Positions 26,715 to 40,390 of a stretch of DNA of 64,000 bases are shown here, piece by piece; position 1 is the first letter of the stretch; the number at the start of each line of letters is the position of its first letter. Source of the stretch: Octopus sinensis (lineage: Eukaryota); contig NC_042999.1 of NCBI RefSeq assembly GCF_006345805.1, positions 78,616,001-78,680,000 of the forward strand, read 5' to 3'. Under the pieces are notes generated by a model. That model was not told where the DNA came from and made no database searches. It saw only the letters and a list, made by a program, of their open reading frames with translations. The translations under genes and the position numbers were made by a program.

Positions 26715-28300
26715 TTCATACAAAGATTTTTCACCAGACGAAGGGTTGCGCCATGAGTACCTCCTTAGCAATTAATTTCGCTAATGTCTTCATGGCGAAT
26801 ATCGAGACACAGTTACTGAAGACATTCAAATCTCTTCATGGTCAAGAAACAATACTCTGGTTACGGTTCTCTGATGACGTATTTTTTGTCTTGGAAGAAT
26901 CACAGGGTAGTTCAATGGACTTCTTGCATTTCAGTGACTGTTAGACTAAAAACTATGGCTTTAAGTCCAATATAAAATTTACGTCTAGTTTTCCAAAAAC
27001 TAGCGTTGGACACAAAAGTTAAGTTTTCTGGAGGCAGAATAGTGACAGAGTTATTTTGCAAGCCTTCGTCATCCCAGATTTATCTCGACCGCCGTTCCGA
27101 TCATCCACATCATATTATTCGTTCGAATCCGAGATCCCAATTTTTGAGGACAAAACGGATTTGTACTGACATGGGGGATTACTGGAAACGTGCAAATGCT
27201 TTTGTACATCATTATATCAAACACGGTTACAGTGAATCATGATTAAAGGAAATAGCAAACGAAATAGCTAAGATTAGCAAAGATAGTCAAACCCTCACGC
27301 ATAATTTTAGCAAACACAATACAATTGATGACAATTCTTTTAGTGATTAACTGGCACCGAAATTTCGCTGGCATTCAAAAGTGTTGCATGAAAGTTACCA
27401 GCGTGTAGCGAAAAAATATCTTCGTTTCAAACAGATATTTCCTCAGCCGCCTATTGTAGCCTTTAGACAGAATAAGAATATAAGAGAATTATTGACCTCT
27501 ATTTCTGACTCCAAGAAAACGAACATTGGAGTATCTGTCCGCTGTACCTTGAAAAACAGCCGCAAGAGAGGTAAGCCCTGTTCATTATGCAACAACATGA
27601 GTTAAGTGAATTCCATCAGGAACCATAACAGAAATGTTATGATGTAGAGATTCCCATTTGGTGTACGCGGCAAAATGCACGAAACACAACTTGATTTATG
27701 TTGGTTGTACAAGAGAACAATTAAACAAAAGATTTAATGGGCACAAATTCGACGTCAGGCACAATAACAGTAGTTCGACAGGACTTGCTGAACATTTCGT
27801 TTCAAACGGCTGCAATTTTGAAAAAGACTTGAAAGTGCATATTCTCAGAAAATATTCTGAGTCTGTTTCACTTTCACTTCTCAGAATGCATGAGGAGAAA
27901 TGTTCGCGGGTTATTAACATCACGCCCTGGAGGAATGAATAAAAGAACAGGAGAATATCATCAAATTTATACAAAACTGTTTGATTAAATATTCTTTTTT
28001 TTCCCTTTTTCTTTTCTTCTTTCCTCTTTTTTCTGTCTTTTACTGTCTTTTTCTTTTCACCTGTTATAAAATTGAAACTTAAAGACTGATAATATCATTC
28101 CATCAACGTGTGGATGCTGGTTGCACCCATTCATACTTTAAATTTAAATTTCTATAATTTTGAATTTTTATCACCTCTTATTTTGAACTTGACAAAGACA
28201 AACTTACTATCGAAATATCGTTCAACCAATAAAATATCTAGTACAATCGAATCGAGCTCTTTGTCTTGTGTATTTACCTTTGCGAAGTGTTACGTCAATC
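26715..28300 (+). mobile_element. Penelope-like element: RT C-terminus, GIY-YIG endonuclease and terminal repeat
   Basis: FANVFMANIE, WLRFSDDVFF, LFCKPSSSQIYLDRRSDHP, SQFLRTKRIC, then VYAAKCTKHNLIYVGCTREQLNKRFNGH (27658-27942). Confidence 0.9.
28183..28225 (+). ncRNA. Minimal type I hammerhead ribozyme-like motif
   Basis: Helix I TTGAAC/GTTCAA, core TTGACAA, extra A, helix II GACA/TATC, GAAA, palindromic ATAT, cleavage triplet AUC. Confidence 0.6.
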
Positions 28301-28324
28301 CTTTTAAAATATATAATAATAATA

Positions 28325-28375
<51 letters not shown>

Positions 28376-28386
28376 TAATAATAATA

Positions 28387-28601
28387 ATCCTTTCTACTAT
28401 AGGCATAGGGCCTGAGGTTTTGGGGGTGAGGACAATCGATTACATCGACCCCAGTGATCCACTGATACATAATTTATCGACCTCGAAAAGATGAAAGGCA
28501 ACGTCGACCCCGGCGGCATTTGTACTCAGAACGTAAAGACAGGCGAAATACTGCTTAAGCATTTTGCCCGGAATGCTAACAATTCTTCCAGCTCGCTGCC
28601 T

Positions 28602-28602
<1 letters not shown>
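28387..28602 (-). mobile_element. SINE family A between (TAA)n tracts
   Basis: Family-A motif; (TAA)n at 28313-28386 and 28603-28825. Confidence 0.85.
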
Positions 28603-28680
<78 letters not shown>

Positions 28681-28781
28681 TAATAATAATAATAATGATG
28701 ATGATTATGATGATGATTATGATGATGATGATGATGATGATAATAAGAATGATGATGATGATAATAATAATGATAATAATG

Positions 28782-28825
<44 letters not shown>

Positions 28826-29779
28826 TATTATTATTATTATTATTATCATTATTATTATTTTGTCTTCAAGGGAGTCGTTCCCTAGGCTTTCTGAACAGAT
28901 GGAAGCAGCTTGATTAAATACAATGTCAAGAAAGTTAATTGTTTTTGGTTAGTGCCTGTCTGTTATAATACTGAGATACTGAGCTTTAGTTCTTTGAAGG
29001 TATTAGACCTTCACTAAAATTATCTAGTTGGAAACCATGCATGGTCTTGGATACTAAGTGCCTATACATACATACATACATACGTTACTTATTAGTTCAT
29101 CCGTCGTTGTCGACGGTGACCAAGGACATCACATGGGAGAAGACATGCATACAAATACATATTTGTGTGTGTATGTGCGTATGTGAAGTTCTGTCTATCT
29201 AGTAATCTAAATTAATTCGAAATATTATTAGTTTCATTATAAACTACTGCCGTTTATTTCCAAGCAAATCTTTCAGTTCAAATATACATGGATGGTCTTT
29301 TTTGAAAAAAATTGAGAAAGAACGCTAGTCAAGTAAGGACCCTTTTCTTTGGGAAAACACAAGAAAGGACGAGTGAAAGGTAAAAGAAAACTGGAATAAG
29401 AAAAGAAAAAAAAAAGAAAAGAAAATTAAAAATTGCGTCCGTTTGGCCAGTTCAAATCAGAGTTAATATGGTTGGTGTAAATATGGGGGTGTTAAATCAG
29501 GTGATCTTGGTGGCCAAAATCCCTTTGAAATAATCCATTCACCGAAAAACTCTTTAAGTAACGCCATGGCAATGCGCAGGATGAAAAAAATTCACTGCAG
29601 AGAGACTTTTTGAACACACTGTATAACATACAGGTATAAATTAGAGCATCTCTTTTCAAGGAGTGGCAAATACTTCTAGTATCAAATAAATTAAAACAAA
29701 ATATTGCTTAATATGATATAAGCAGCACTACGGTACATTACAAATCAAAACACTTGGTTAGAAGAAGCAGAGACCAAAA

Positions 29780-30050
29780 CTTTATCCAATATAAATTACA
29801 TTGACGAAGAGTCGTCCCACTCAAGAATAATCTATGTTGTTACTCAATGAACTTATATATTGGTGAAACTTCTATGTGCCTTTGCAGACAGTGCATCTTC
29901 GAATGAGGCATCATACACACTTAAGAAAATGCATTTAAAATTCGTTGATAAGGGAAAATGAGAAGGAGAATTGAAATTCCTTGGTGAGATTACAGACTAG
30001 AAACATAGCATCGAACATCTTGATCCTAATAAATCCAGTCCTCAAGCAAT
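29780..30050 (+). mobile_element. Degenerate Penelope-like GIY-YIG remnant
   Basis: SRIIYVVT followed by frameshifted NLYIGETS. Confidence 0.4.
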
Positions 30051-31110
30051 CGGCAAAGTATTATGATGAGACATCATATAACGGCAATAAACACGCCAGA
30101 AATTTCGACATCTAGGACAGGTCATAAAATCTCACTTATTTAACATAAGTAAATATGCAAGGGTATGTGTCTAAAATATACAATAATGGCTTCTGCTTCA
30201 TATGCGACGCTGACTGGTCTCGAATCCTCATCACTCAGACACTCCTGACTCACTCGTCTTTCTACTTATCATCATCTTTTTCCGTGCTAAACCCTATGCC
30301 TAATCCGTCCTCTCCAGAACGTTGGCCCTGTAGAATAATCTTCCCGATCATGTCATTTCCTGCAGATGTTGACATGCAACGGTTCAACGGAACATTAACA
30401 GTAACAATCTTTCCACTTTCGGAGGGCCTGCAAGGGCCATAGGCTCTGCTTACTTCTTCTAGGCTTAACAATCACCCCCCCAAATGTTAGTGTAGGAGGT
30501 AGCGTTTTAACTACTTCAGGAAATAACAACTCGGTCCGTAAAAAGTTCTATTGACTTTGGCTGGAAGCCTCCAGTAACAACCATGACCAAATTTAAGGAT
30601 TAAGGCTATGGACTTGACCGTTGATAGCAAGAAGGTAAATGTGACAACAGTGATTGAAGTCAGGTTCATAATAGTAATCTCATCAAAGAGAGCAGGACTC
30701 TAAGCGGCGGTCCCTTCTAAACTGAGGTTCCGGCAGTATAAGATCTGCAGATGAAGTAGTGGAAGAGTGGTGTCACCCTAGTGTATAGTCCAAAATACCT
30801 GAAATTACATAACCTGAAGAAGCCGGAGTCTAAAGGCCAAACAAGAACTCTTGACAGATATTGGAATTATGTGTGAATATTTATAGCAAATTTTCACATA
30901 GAAAAGAAGCGAGAAAAAACATTTGAAATAAAGATTCTTTGAACAGTTTTTTTGCGGTTTTAATAGTACAAGAAAATAATTAAATCCGTATACTAGTGAA
31001 ACATCACAGAAAATGTTGAAAGTATGACGCAATGTTTTCAACAGATGTCTTAAAGAAAATCTGTTTCCCATATTATACATACATACATATGTATGCAAGC
31101 GTGTGTATGT

Positions 31111-31146
<36 letters not shown>

Positions 31147-31727
31147 AATAAATGTGCGTGTGTATATATGATCCTGTGTGTGTGTGTATGTATTCGTGCA
31201 CTTGTGTGTTTGTGTATGCATATATATTTCTACAATTTACGACTTAAGATTTTAATATAAACACGAACGAATAACTATAAACATCAATATGAGATTAAAA
31301 ACAGCGCAACGAACCCACTGAGATGAATCAAAGAACATGTACATTTTTCGTATCTAGGGAACGCTCTATCAAATTGCTCGAGGGTGGCGTTCATGCGGTT
31401 TCTTGATTTATTAGAAATAGCAGTTTTATATCTCTCAAATCACATCCTAGCAATAAAAAAATGAAGGTAATGTGTCCTTAACATACAGAAAAGATTGGAA
31501 AATAATAAAGACTGGACAGAGACAGCTACAAAGACAGCGAGGCAGATAGATACACAGCTACACTGACATGCAGCTTCACAGACGGACAAATATACAGTTA
31601 CATGGATATGTAGATAATGGGTATATAGACAGGTTTATAGACAGACATATAGATTGGCAGGCTGTTTGTTAGATAGGTTGATGTACAGAGGAAAATATAT
31701 CTCTTGCATCCCTACAATGCTTCTTAA

Positions 31728-31758
<31 letters not shown>

Positions 31759-31794
31759 ATCACGTACAAATAATTATATATATATATATACATA

Positions 31795-31956
31795 GGCGCA
31801 GGTGTGGCTCTGTGGTGAGAAGGTTGCTTTCCAGCTACATGGTTCAGGGTTCAATCCCACTGCAAGGCACCTTGGGCAAGTGTCTTCTACTATAAATTCG
31901 GGCCGACCAAAGCCTTGTGAGTGGATCTGGTAGACGGAAACTGAAAGAAGTCCGTC

Positions 31957-31998
<42 letters not shown>

Positions 31999-32200
31999 GT
32001 GTGTGTGTCTGTGTCGTGCCTGTCCTACTACCACCGCTTGACAACCGGTGTTGGTGTGTTTATGTACCCGTGACTTGGCGGTTCGGTAAAAGAGACCGAT
32101 AAGATAAGTATCATGCTTAAAAATAAGTCCTGGGGTCGATTCATTCGACTAAAAATTCAAGGCGCTGCCCCAGCGTAGCCGCAGTCTAATGATTGAAATA
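31795..32200 (+). mobile_element. SINE family B with internal (TA)n
   Basis: GGCGCAGGTGTGGCTCTGTGGTGAGAAGG head, GGTTCAATCCC B-box, GCACCTTGGGCAAGTGTCT core. Confidence 0.8.
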
Positions 32201-34794
32201 AATAAAAGATAAAAGATATACACCTGCATTATGACGTAGTCATGTAAACGAATATAAAAGAAGGTGCCTTCGTATACCAGGGATAGGGTTGGACATATTT
32301 AATGAAGGTCATCAAAAATTAATTAAAAATACTGTGGTGAGGAGAAACAAACATTAATTCAATAGCTAGTATAACTCCGAACATATTTCGGGCTAATTAG
32401 ACATCTTCAACAAAAAATAGACTTTCAATGTACTCGTTGAAGTAGTGATTAAAGAGTCACTAAATAGACGTGGAAAATAAGCATTTAAAAAAATAAGCTC
32501 CGATGTTACTTAAATACACTCATACATGAATTTTTTCCGGTGGAGTACCTCAATAAAATAAATGCTCATACAGTATAATCAAATCGGGATTTTGGATGGA
32601 CGAATTAGCAGGGGTTCGGACAAAATGCTTTACCGTATTTTGTTACGCCCCTTGCAGTCCGAATTCAAATCTCGCCTTGGTCGATGCACCATTCTTCTCC
32701 AAGATTGGTATGACAGACAGTGAATTACTGTGGTCTATCTATGCAATCAATGTAAGATCGCATAAGAAATTTAGTGCAAAGTTGGTAACTGTATATTCTT
32801 GGAGATAGTCTGAGTACGTTTTTACGAACGATTTCCGGAAGATAATTTTTAAAAGTTCTTCTGACCATGCTACCAAGGCCGGAGGACATACCGGTTGTAA
32901 ATGAACCGCATGAATACCTACATGCGGTCAGCTAGATTTGTTCAAAATGCAGGGAGAACGATGGAACCCAGCTCTAAACTTTCGTTTAATGTTCGGGGAT
33001 GCCTGGTTTGTGGAATTATGTTGAAGAGTTGCTTTTTCTGTGTTGTACTGACTGGTCTATTTGACAATATTCTGAATATCATCCTGTTGAAGTCCTGTGA
33101 AGACGAAAGGCAAGTACTTTTACTCTGTCTGGTAGCTAGGACAAACTAGATAGTCTGGTTGACAAGGATGAAAATGCTGTGGACAGAGATTTTTCTCTCT
33201 GATTAAAACTTCGTCAACATTTTCAAGTATCACTTGAAGTTGAAGGCGTAGAGGCAAAATATGTGCTATTCTCTATTTTATTTATTGAAGGGTGATGAGA
33301 GATTATAATATATATTCAGATGAAAGGATTGAAGCTTCAGCTTTATAAAGCCTCTGCTCGGAAACATTGTTTTGTTAACTAGGTATAACTGTCACAAATC
33401 GTTTTCAATATTTACTGGCATTACTGAAAGCTGACAGCCTGAGACGTGGCAGGAAAATGTGTTGGCTACAATAGTGATAGCAATAGTCTTAATAATGTAA
33501 ACGAATTCAGCTCATGTGTTATCAACTACGAATATACGTATATTTAGAAGAAAACAGTTAACAATTAAACAGGCAGAACTTAGGTTGCACAATGCGGAAC
33601 GCCAAAAGAAATGTGTTGAAAATATTTATTTAGAAAATAAAAAAAAAATAGCAAACACAAACAACGACAACACAAATAAAAGCATTTAATCTTCATCAGG
33701 CGTTGTGGGTCATAAAGACCTACTAAATATAAGCTACCCTTAAAAAGCGCAGGAAGTATGTGAAAAACAAGCTTTTCTTACCCGAGTAATTTTGACAGAT
33801 GCATGTCACCTCCCTGAATGAAGGTGATACACATCTGTTTTCGAAACAGTAGTGAAGTATTTTTAAATGCAATCGAAAATTATGTTAAAGAGAGTTCTGG
33901 TTAATAAGTGAATAGATGTTTAATCCTTTGACTGAGGAAGAGTATATGGAAGCATTGTCTGCTTTTTGAGACCAAGGATAATGCGAGGTGGTCTCAGCTC
34001 TTACGTTGTACATCTGATCACAGTACGTGAAGAAAGGGGATACAAAGATAACGTTATTATATATTAGTTAGTACTGTTGTTCATTCTTAGCTTGTAAAGT
34101 ACGGACGGGTGGTGTGTGGAGGTGACCTGCAGGGACATGTCAAGGAAGATCTGCATGTACATCCAGTTCTTGATGACTCCTGAAAACCACAAAAATGCCC
34201 AGAATTATACCCAATTTAGGGATCGGAGTAGATCTCAGACAGATTGGCGATTCAGGGCAAAATTCTCAGTTGTTACGTGACTGGTAATAAAAGTTAGCTG
34301 TGAGCTTTCTTTTCAGAAGACAGAAACCAATAGAATAAAGAGATAAAAGGATCGGCAAAGAGCAGCAGTGACATCCAGAATAGCCTCAGATATGAAAACC
34401 ATGGTTGCAGCTGAACTTCCTGTTGCTGTTGTTACCGCTGTTCCTAGAGCACCTTCAGTCGCTGCTCCGAGTGTTACCAGATCACACTCAAATGAAATCA
34501 CTTTGCTCTTAGCCCCACCAGAAATCGAAAGTTATTTCTAGCAGAAAATCCGAATAACCGTTCCATCCATCGAATTGTGGTGATGGAGAGGGGGTTGAGA
34601 TTGGAGAAAGTTGGGAAATCGTCGGGGAGAGTAAGAAATAGAAAGAAAGGCATCCATAAAAGAACACATCATAGGGCAATTAAGTTACTGTATGTCTCAG
34701 ATCAAATGTCATATGACAATTGCTTGCACGTATTTCACAGTTGTTCGGGTTAAGTTGACAAGAGCTAGTATAATGCTTGAATAACCAAAGGTAG

Positions 34795-34814
34795 ACACAC
34801 ACACATACACAGAA

Positions 34815-34905
<91 letters not shown>
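34795..34905. repeat. (CA)n microsatellite
   Basis: Direct observation. Confidence 0.97.
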
Positions 34906-34906
<1 letters not shown>

Positions 34907-35507
34907 TAAAGTTTGGTAAACATAGATCAACATCTAGTTCATCAAATGTTTCAGTGCAGCGAGTGAAGAAATAAAACTTGATTCTAAGCGAGAATATTTG
35001 ACCTCTGTTGGTCAGTTCAGGATACGTGCAGAAATTTTCAGTAGAATTTGATGATATGTTGTACCTACTGACGCTAATAGACTGACCCTTCCAGCACGTG
35101 GAATAACAAAGAAGATTATTCGTTTTCACAAACATGTATACATACAAACTATAGGGTGGCTGTTTACTCTCCTGAGTTATTCCATTTCTTGACAGGTGTC
35201 ATCTTTCATACCACAGGCTGTTTACTTTCTTCTCTTGCTTCTTAAAGTAAAATGGAGATAATTCCTTTTTACACACAGTTTGAAATAGGGTCATGTAGAA
35301 AGTGAAACTGGTAATAGGTCCAGCTCAAATGTGAAATGCAGGAGACATTTCAAAATGCATCACTAAATGTTTTAGTTCTGAATGGAAAATGTATGTGGTT
35401 ATATATGCGCTACTTGTATATACATGTATACCTAGAGGGACATTTTCTTTAATCTAAGGCGGTGATCTGGTAGAAACGTTATAGTACCGAGCGAAATTTT
35501 TAATAAG

Positions 35508-35735
35508 GTGGCGAGCTGGCAGGAACGTTAGCGTGCTGGATGAAATGCTTAGCAGTATTTCGTCTGCCGTTACGTTCTGAGTTCAAATTCCGCCGAGGTC
35601 GACTTTGCCTTTCATCCTTTCGGGGTCGATAAATTAAGTACCAGTTACGCACTGGGATCGATGTAATCGACTTAATCCCTTTGTCTGTCCTTGTTTGTCC
35701 CCTCTGTGTTTAGCTCCTTGTGGGCAATAAAGAAA
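35508..35735 (+). mobile_element. SINE family A, full length, preceded by a partial duplicate head
   Basis: AAGGTGGCGAGCTGGCAGGAACGTTAGCG..GAGTTCAAATTCC..GCCTTTCATCCTTTCGGGGTCGATAAATTAAGTACCAG; extra head-like piece at about 35455-35500. Confidence 0.88.
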
Positions 35736-36559
35736 TATATATATACATGTATACCTAGTGTACCTTATATACTCACAATTAACAGGGCAGAATCAAAGAT
35801 TTAGAAAGCTTAATAAAAATGTAATATTTTGTTCAAGGATTTCTTTTGCTTTAGAAGGGGAGTGTTAAGGTTAGGGTTATCGTAGGCTTGTATCACTTAC
35901 TCTGTTCTGACCCATCTCACTTCACTCTCGCCTTCGCTTCTTCTCTTCCTCATTTCATTCCTCTTTCCTTCTATCTCTCTCACCCAGTTTCTCTCCCTTA
36001 CTGCTCTTCGTCTCTTATAGTTGTCCCAATTTTCCTAACTTAGATGAAGTAAAACTGCTGTTTCTTTTTAATTTCATTTTTGCCATCTTTTCTCTCCAAA
36101 AAGGACACTGCTTGAAACGCTGGATTTTTCACTTCCTACAGCAACCTTACTGTACTTTTTTGGTCGATATTACTAAATAATACAGACCTTTCAGTTTGAT
36201 CGCGTATACACACACACACTCACACGCACATCCATGTGACTATGTGACCGACCAGGCTATCAGACATTGTGAGGCATGGCTGGTCACAATGCGCTTTTTG
36301 CATTGTTTTAGCCTTCAAATGACACAACACCGCTCGCAGGGTGAGCAGGCCAACATTCCCTCCTGATCGAAAGGGGAACTGGAGCAACGTGAAATGAAGT
36401 GTTTTGCTCAAGAACACAACACGCCGGCAATCGAACCCTCGATCTAGCGATCGTGAATGTGACAGCCAAACCGCTAGATCAGCTTCAAAAGATTTGTCCT
36501 CCCCGTCAGAATAACGAGATGGTGGTACTGCTAAGATACCATCTCTGACACACCAATAA

Positions 36560-36937
36560 TGCATCGGACGCATGCTGCTTAAACCAATGTCCAATCTGAC
36601 AACCCAACCAACGGTCAGCACCTGGTTGTGTTTAAATCCAACGCGGTGTACCAAATAACGTGCTGCTGCGGGATGACATACACAGGATCGACCAGAAGAC
36701 ACCTTCACCTTAGAGTGAAGGAACATCTATCTACACAAGGCCACACCAATCAGCGCCGTGTTCCAACACCACCAACACTGTGATGAGGACTTCTCCACCG
36801 GGATGCTAGCGACGGGAATGGATTCATTTAACCTCAGGATTACAGAGGGACACTTCATTAGGAAGAAGGCACATAACCTAAACCGCCATAATGAGCTGGA
36901 TGCGTGGAAACACATCTACCGCTTCCAGGATCTTTAA
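36560..36937 (+). mobile_element. Penelope-like GIY-YIG endonuclease fragment (second lineage)
   Basis: KSNAVYQITCCCGMTYTGSTRRHLHLRVKEH (from 36628), one frameshift, then SAVFQHHQHC..LRITEGHFIRKKAHNLNR to TAA at 36935-36937. Confidence 0.8.
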
Positions 36938-37053
36938 CCGACATTACTCATCATGAAGAAAGAGAGAAAAATAAGGATAAAGAAGTACTTACGAAATTAA
37001 CTATGACGCTCAAAAGCAATGTTCCCTCCAGGTCACACGGCATATGTTGGGTA

Positions 37054-37125
<72 letters not shown>

Positions 37126-37498
37126 GTCTATCTGTGTGTCTGTCTGTGTGTCTGTCCGTCCTTCCTTCCATCTGCCTGTCGGTCTGTCCAGCTGTCCGCC
37201 CGTCTGTCTGTCTATCTGTCTATCTATAAATCTATCGATCTATCTGTCTATCTATCTTCTTTTATATATATACGAACTATTACATCCACAAACCTGTTAC
37301 AGAAAATTAAACCTTCTTGTACTTCCTTGTACTCTGTACTTATACTTCCTTGTATTCTACTACCTTTTATTGTATATTATATTTACTTTAATTTCTTTCA
37401 TCTTCCCCCTCTAACTTTCTTAACCTCCCCTACTAACGACATTATATGCAAGTATACACGTAGTCATGTGTGGGTGGGCAAGTATGTAAAAAACGACA

Positions 37499-37531
<33 letters not shown>

Positions 37532-37974
37532 TAGAGTGAGGGACGGATAGATAGATAGATAGCTAGATAGACAGACATGTCAGTAAACAGAGAAATTTTG
37601 TGTAAGTTGTAGAAATATTTGAACAGGGATATGTTTTCATAAGAAAACCGATATTCCTGGGATTACCAAGTTCGTTAGAATCGGTTAATTCCACCCCGTT
37701 TTCCCCCATTCATCTTCAATTTGTCTTCTCCTTTCATTTTCCTTCGGTTTCATCTACCTTCTATACATATATATATATTTTATTCTGTATTCTTTCATCC
37801 ACCTCTCGTTGTCACCTCCGCCTCATTCTTCTTCTCCTTCTCGCACTTTGTCAAATCTCTCTTACGTAGATGGGAAATTTTGTCTAGGAATATTGTCAAT
37901 CCAATCCATCGACATACATACATATACATATATATATATATATATTATATATATATATATATAATATATATATA

Positions 37975-38043
<69 letters not shown>

Positions 38044-38239
38044 AAATACATGCCTACATACATAGTACGTACATAGACACGTACATATATACACAAGTCT
38101 TTACATACGTAAGTACATACATATATGCATACATATACGTATTACATATATATAATTTAATATATACCTAAATGCTTATATGTATTTACATATAAACATA
38201 TATGTAGTATACATTCATGCATAAACACACACACAAATA

Positions 38240-38356
<117 letters not shown>

Positions 38357-39007
38357 CAGTTCACCTTGCACATACACGTATATGCCTACCCAATGCATAC
38401 AATTCGCGCACACATGTCATGCACATACTGACTTATCTTAACACACGTATTGATATAAGAAACAAAACCATACAGAACTGCATACAGATACACGCCATCT
38501 CGACACTCAGACACGTATTATATATCTTATTACTGCTCACAAACCTTTAACCACCGACACTGATAATGTTACGTAAGTATCTCCCGGGAGAGATGGAATG
38601 AAAAGTGAGAAATAGCAAGATAGGGAATAGATACAGGCTGAGAGATATATATAAACAGAAAGAGTTATTGCTCTGGGTGGAAAGGGCTATACACACATAC
38701 ACACATACACACATAGACACACGCACACACATATATATATGTACATAAATATAGATACATACTTACACACACACATAAATAGTTAGATAGATAAACAGAG
38801 AGAGTAAAAGACAGAGAACAAAAACGACAAAAAACACTCTAAGAACGATAGGGGAAATTTAAAAAGAGAAATATAGAGAGAGAGAGAGTGTGTGAGAGAG
38901 ACCAATAAAAATAGAGAGCGGGAGAGAAAGAGGACAAGGAAAAGAGAGGATGATGAAGAAGAAGAGGAGGAATAAGAAAAGCAGAAGAGAGAGAAGAGGA
39001 AGAAGTT

Positions 39008-39050
<43 letters not shown>

Positions 39051-39263
39051 AAGAAGAAGAAGAAGAAGAAGAAGAAGAAGAAGAAGAAGAGAAGAAGAAG
39101 AAGAGAAGAAGAAGAAGAAGAAGAAGAAGAAGAAGAAGAAGAAGAAGAAGAAAACGACAACGACGACCACGACTGATATTCCGCTTGGAACTTGGATAAT
39201 ATGAACTCACGCATATACATAGGCACATACATAAATATATCATAATTCATTCGTCAAATTCGA

Positions 39264-39336
<73 letters not shown>

Positions 39337-39357
39337 TATATATATATATATATATAT

Positions 39358-39550
39358 AGGGAACATCCACAAAAAACAAAAGACGAAGATAGGTGGTGTA
39401 GACAACAAACAGAAGTATTAGTATAACGCCCGGGAAGTGAAAAAGTCTTTAACGTTTCGAGCCTACGCCCTTCTACAGAAAGGAACACAGAAAGAAACAA
39501 GGAGAGGAAAAAAAAAGAATGTGTAGTGGCTGGTGATCTATCATGGCGAA
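39358..39550 (-). mobile_element. Short Penelope pLTR-like element in (TA)n with a hammerhead-like motif
   Basis: Flanked by long (TA)n on both sides; motif at 39445-39483; homologous to 14655-14830. Confidence 0.6.
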
Positions 39551-39582
39551 GATTATATATATATTATATATATATATATATA

Positions 39583-39658
<76 letters not shown>

Positions 39659-39677
39659 ATATTATATATGTGTATAT

Positions 39678-39735
<58 letters not shown>

Positions 39736-39750
39736 TTATATATATACATT

Positions 39751-39827
<77 letters not shown>

Positions 39828-40002
39828 ATATATATATCTATATATATATATATATACACGTATATATATATTTCTTTTCAAAACCCTGGTACTTATTCTA
39901 TCGAATTTCCTTTCAGTTAAGATCAGAATACTATTATAGAGCCATAAACACACCAACACTGGCTGTTTACCTATTGTTAGGGGACAAACAGAAACACAAA
40001 GG

Positions 40003-40048
<46 letters not shown>

Positions 40049-40074
40049 ACACACACACATATATATATATATCG

Positions 40075-40390
40075 GCACAGGCGTGGCTGTGTGCTAAGAA
40101 GCTTGCTTCCCAACCACCTGCTTCCAAATTCAGTCCCACAGCGTGGCATCTTGGGCAAATGTCTTCTATTAAAGCCTCGGGCCTAGAGAGCCTTGTGAGC
40201 GGAATTGGTGGACGGCAACTTAAAGAAGGCCGTCGTATACATATCTTTGTATACATACATGCATAAATGCATGCATATATATATGTATGTATGTGTTTGC
40301 GTGCGTGTCTGTTTCTGTGCGTGTCTTTCAGTCTGTCCCTCATCACCACTTGGCAGCTGGTATGGGTGTGTTTACGTCCTCGTAAAATAG
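40075..40390 (+). mobile_element. SINE family B
   Basis: Same head and core as 3955 and 31795. Confidence 0.8.

Noticed and set aside
30155-30780. Unique-looking ORFs at 30155-30442 (+) and 30262-30471 (-)
   Set aside because: No recognisable motif or convincing splice pair; probably an old TE remnant, unassigned.
32800-33250. Possible Penelope linker remnant on the minus strand
   Set aside because: Only a vague resemblance (KYLPFVFT); no diagnostic motif.
33790-33850. Hammerhead-like CTGAATGA...CGAAACAGTA
   Set aside because: Requires insertions in the core and helix I; too degenerate to call.
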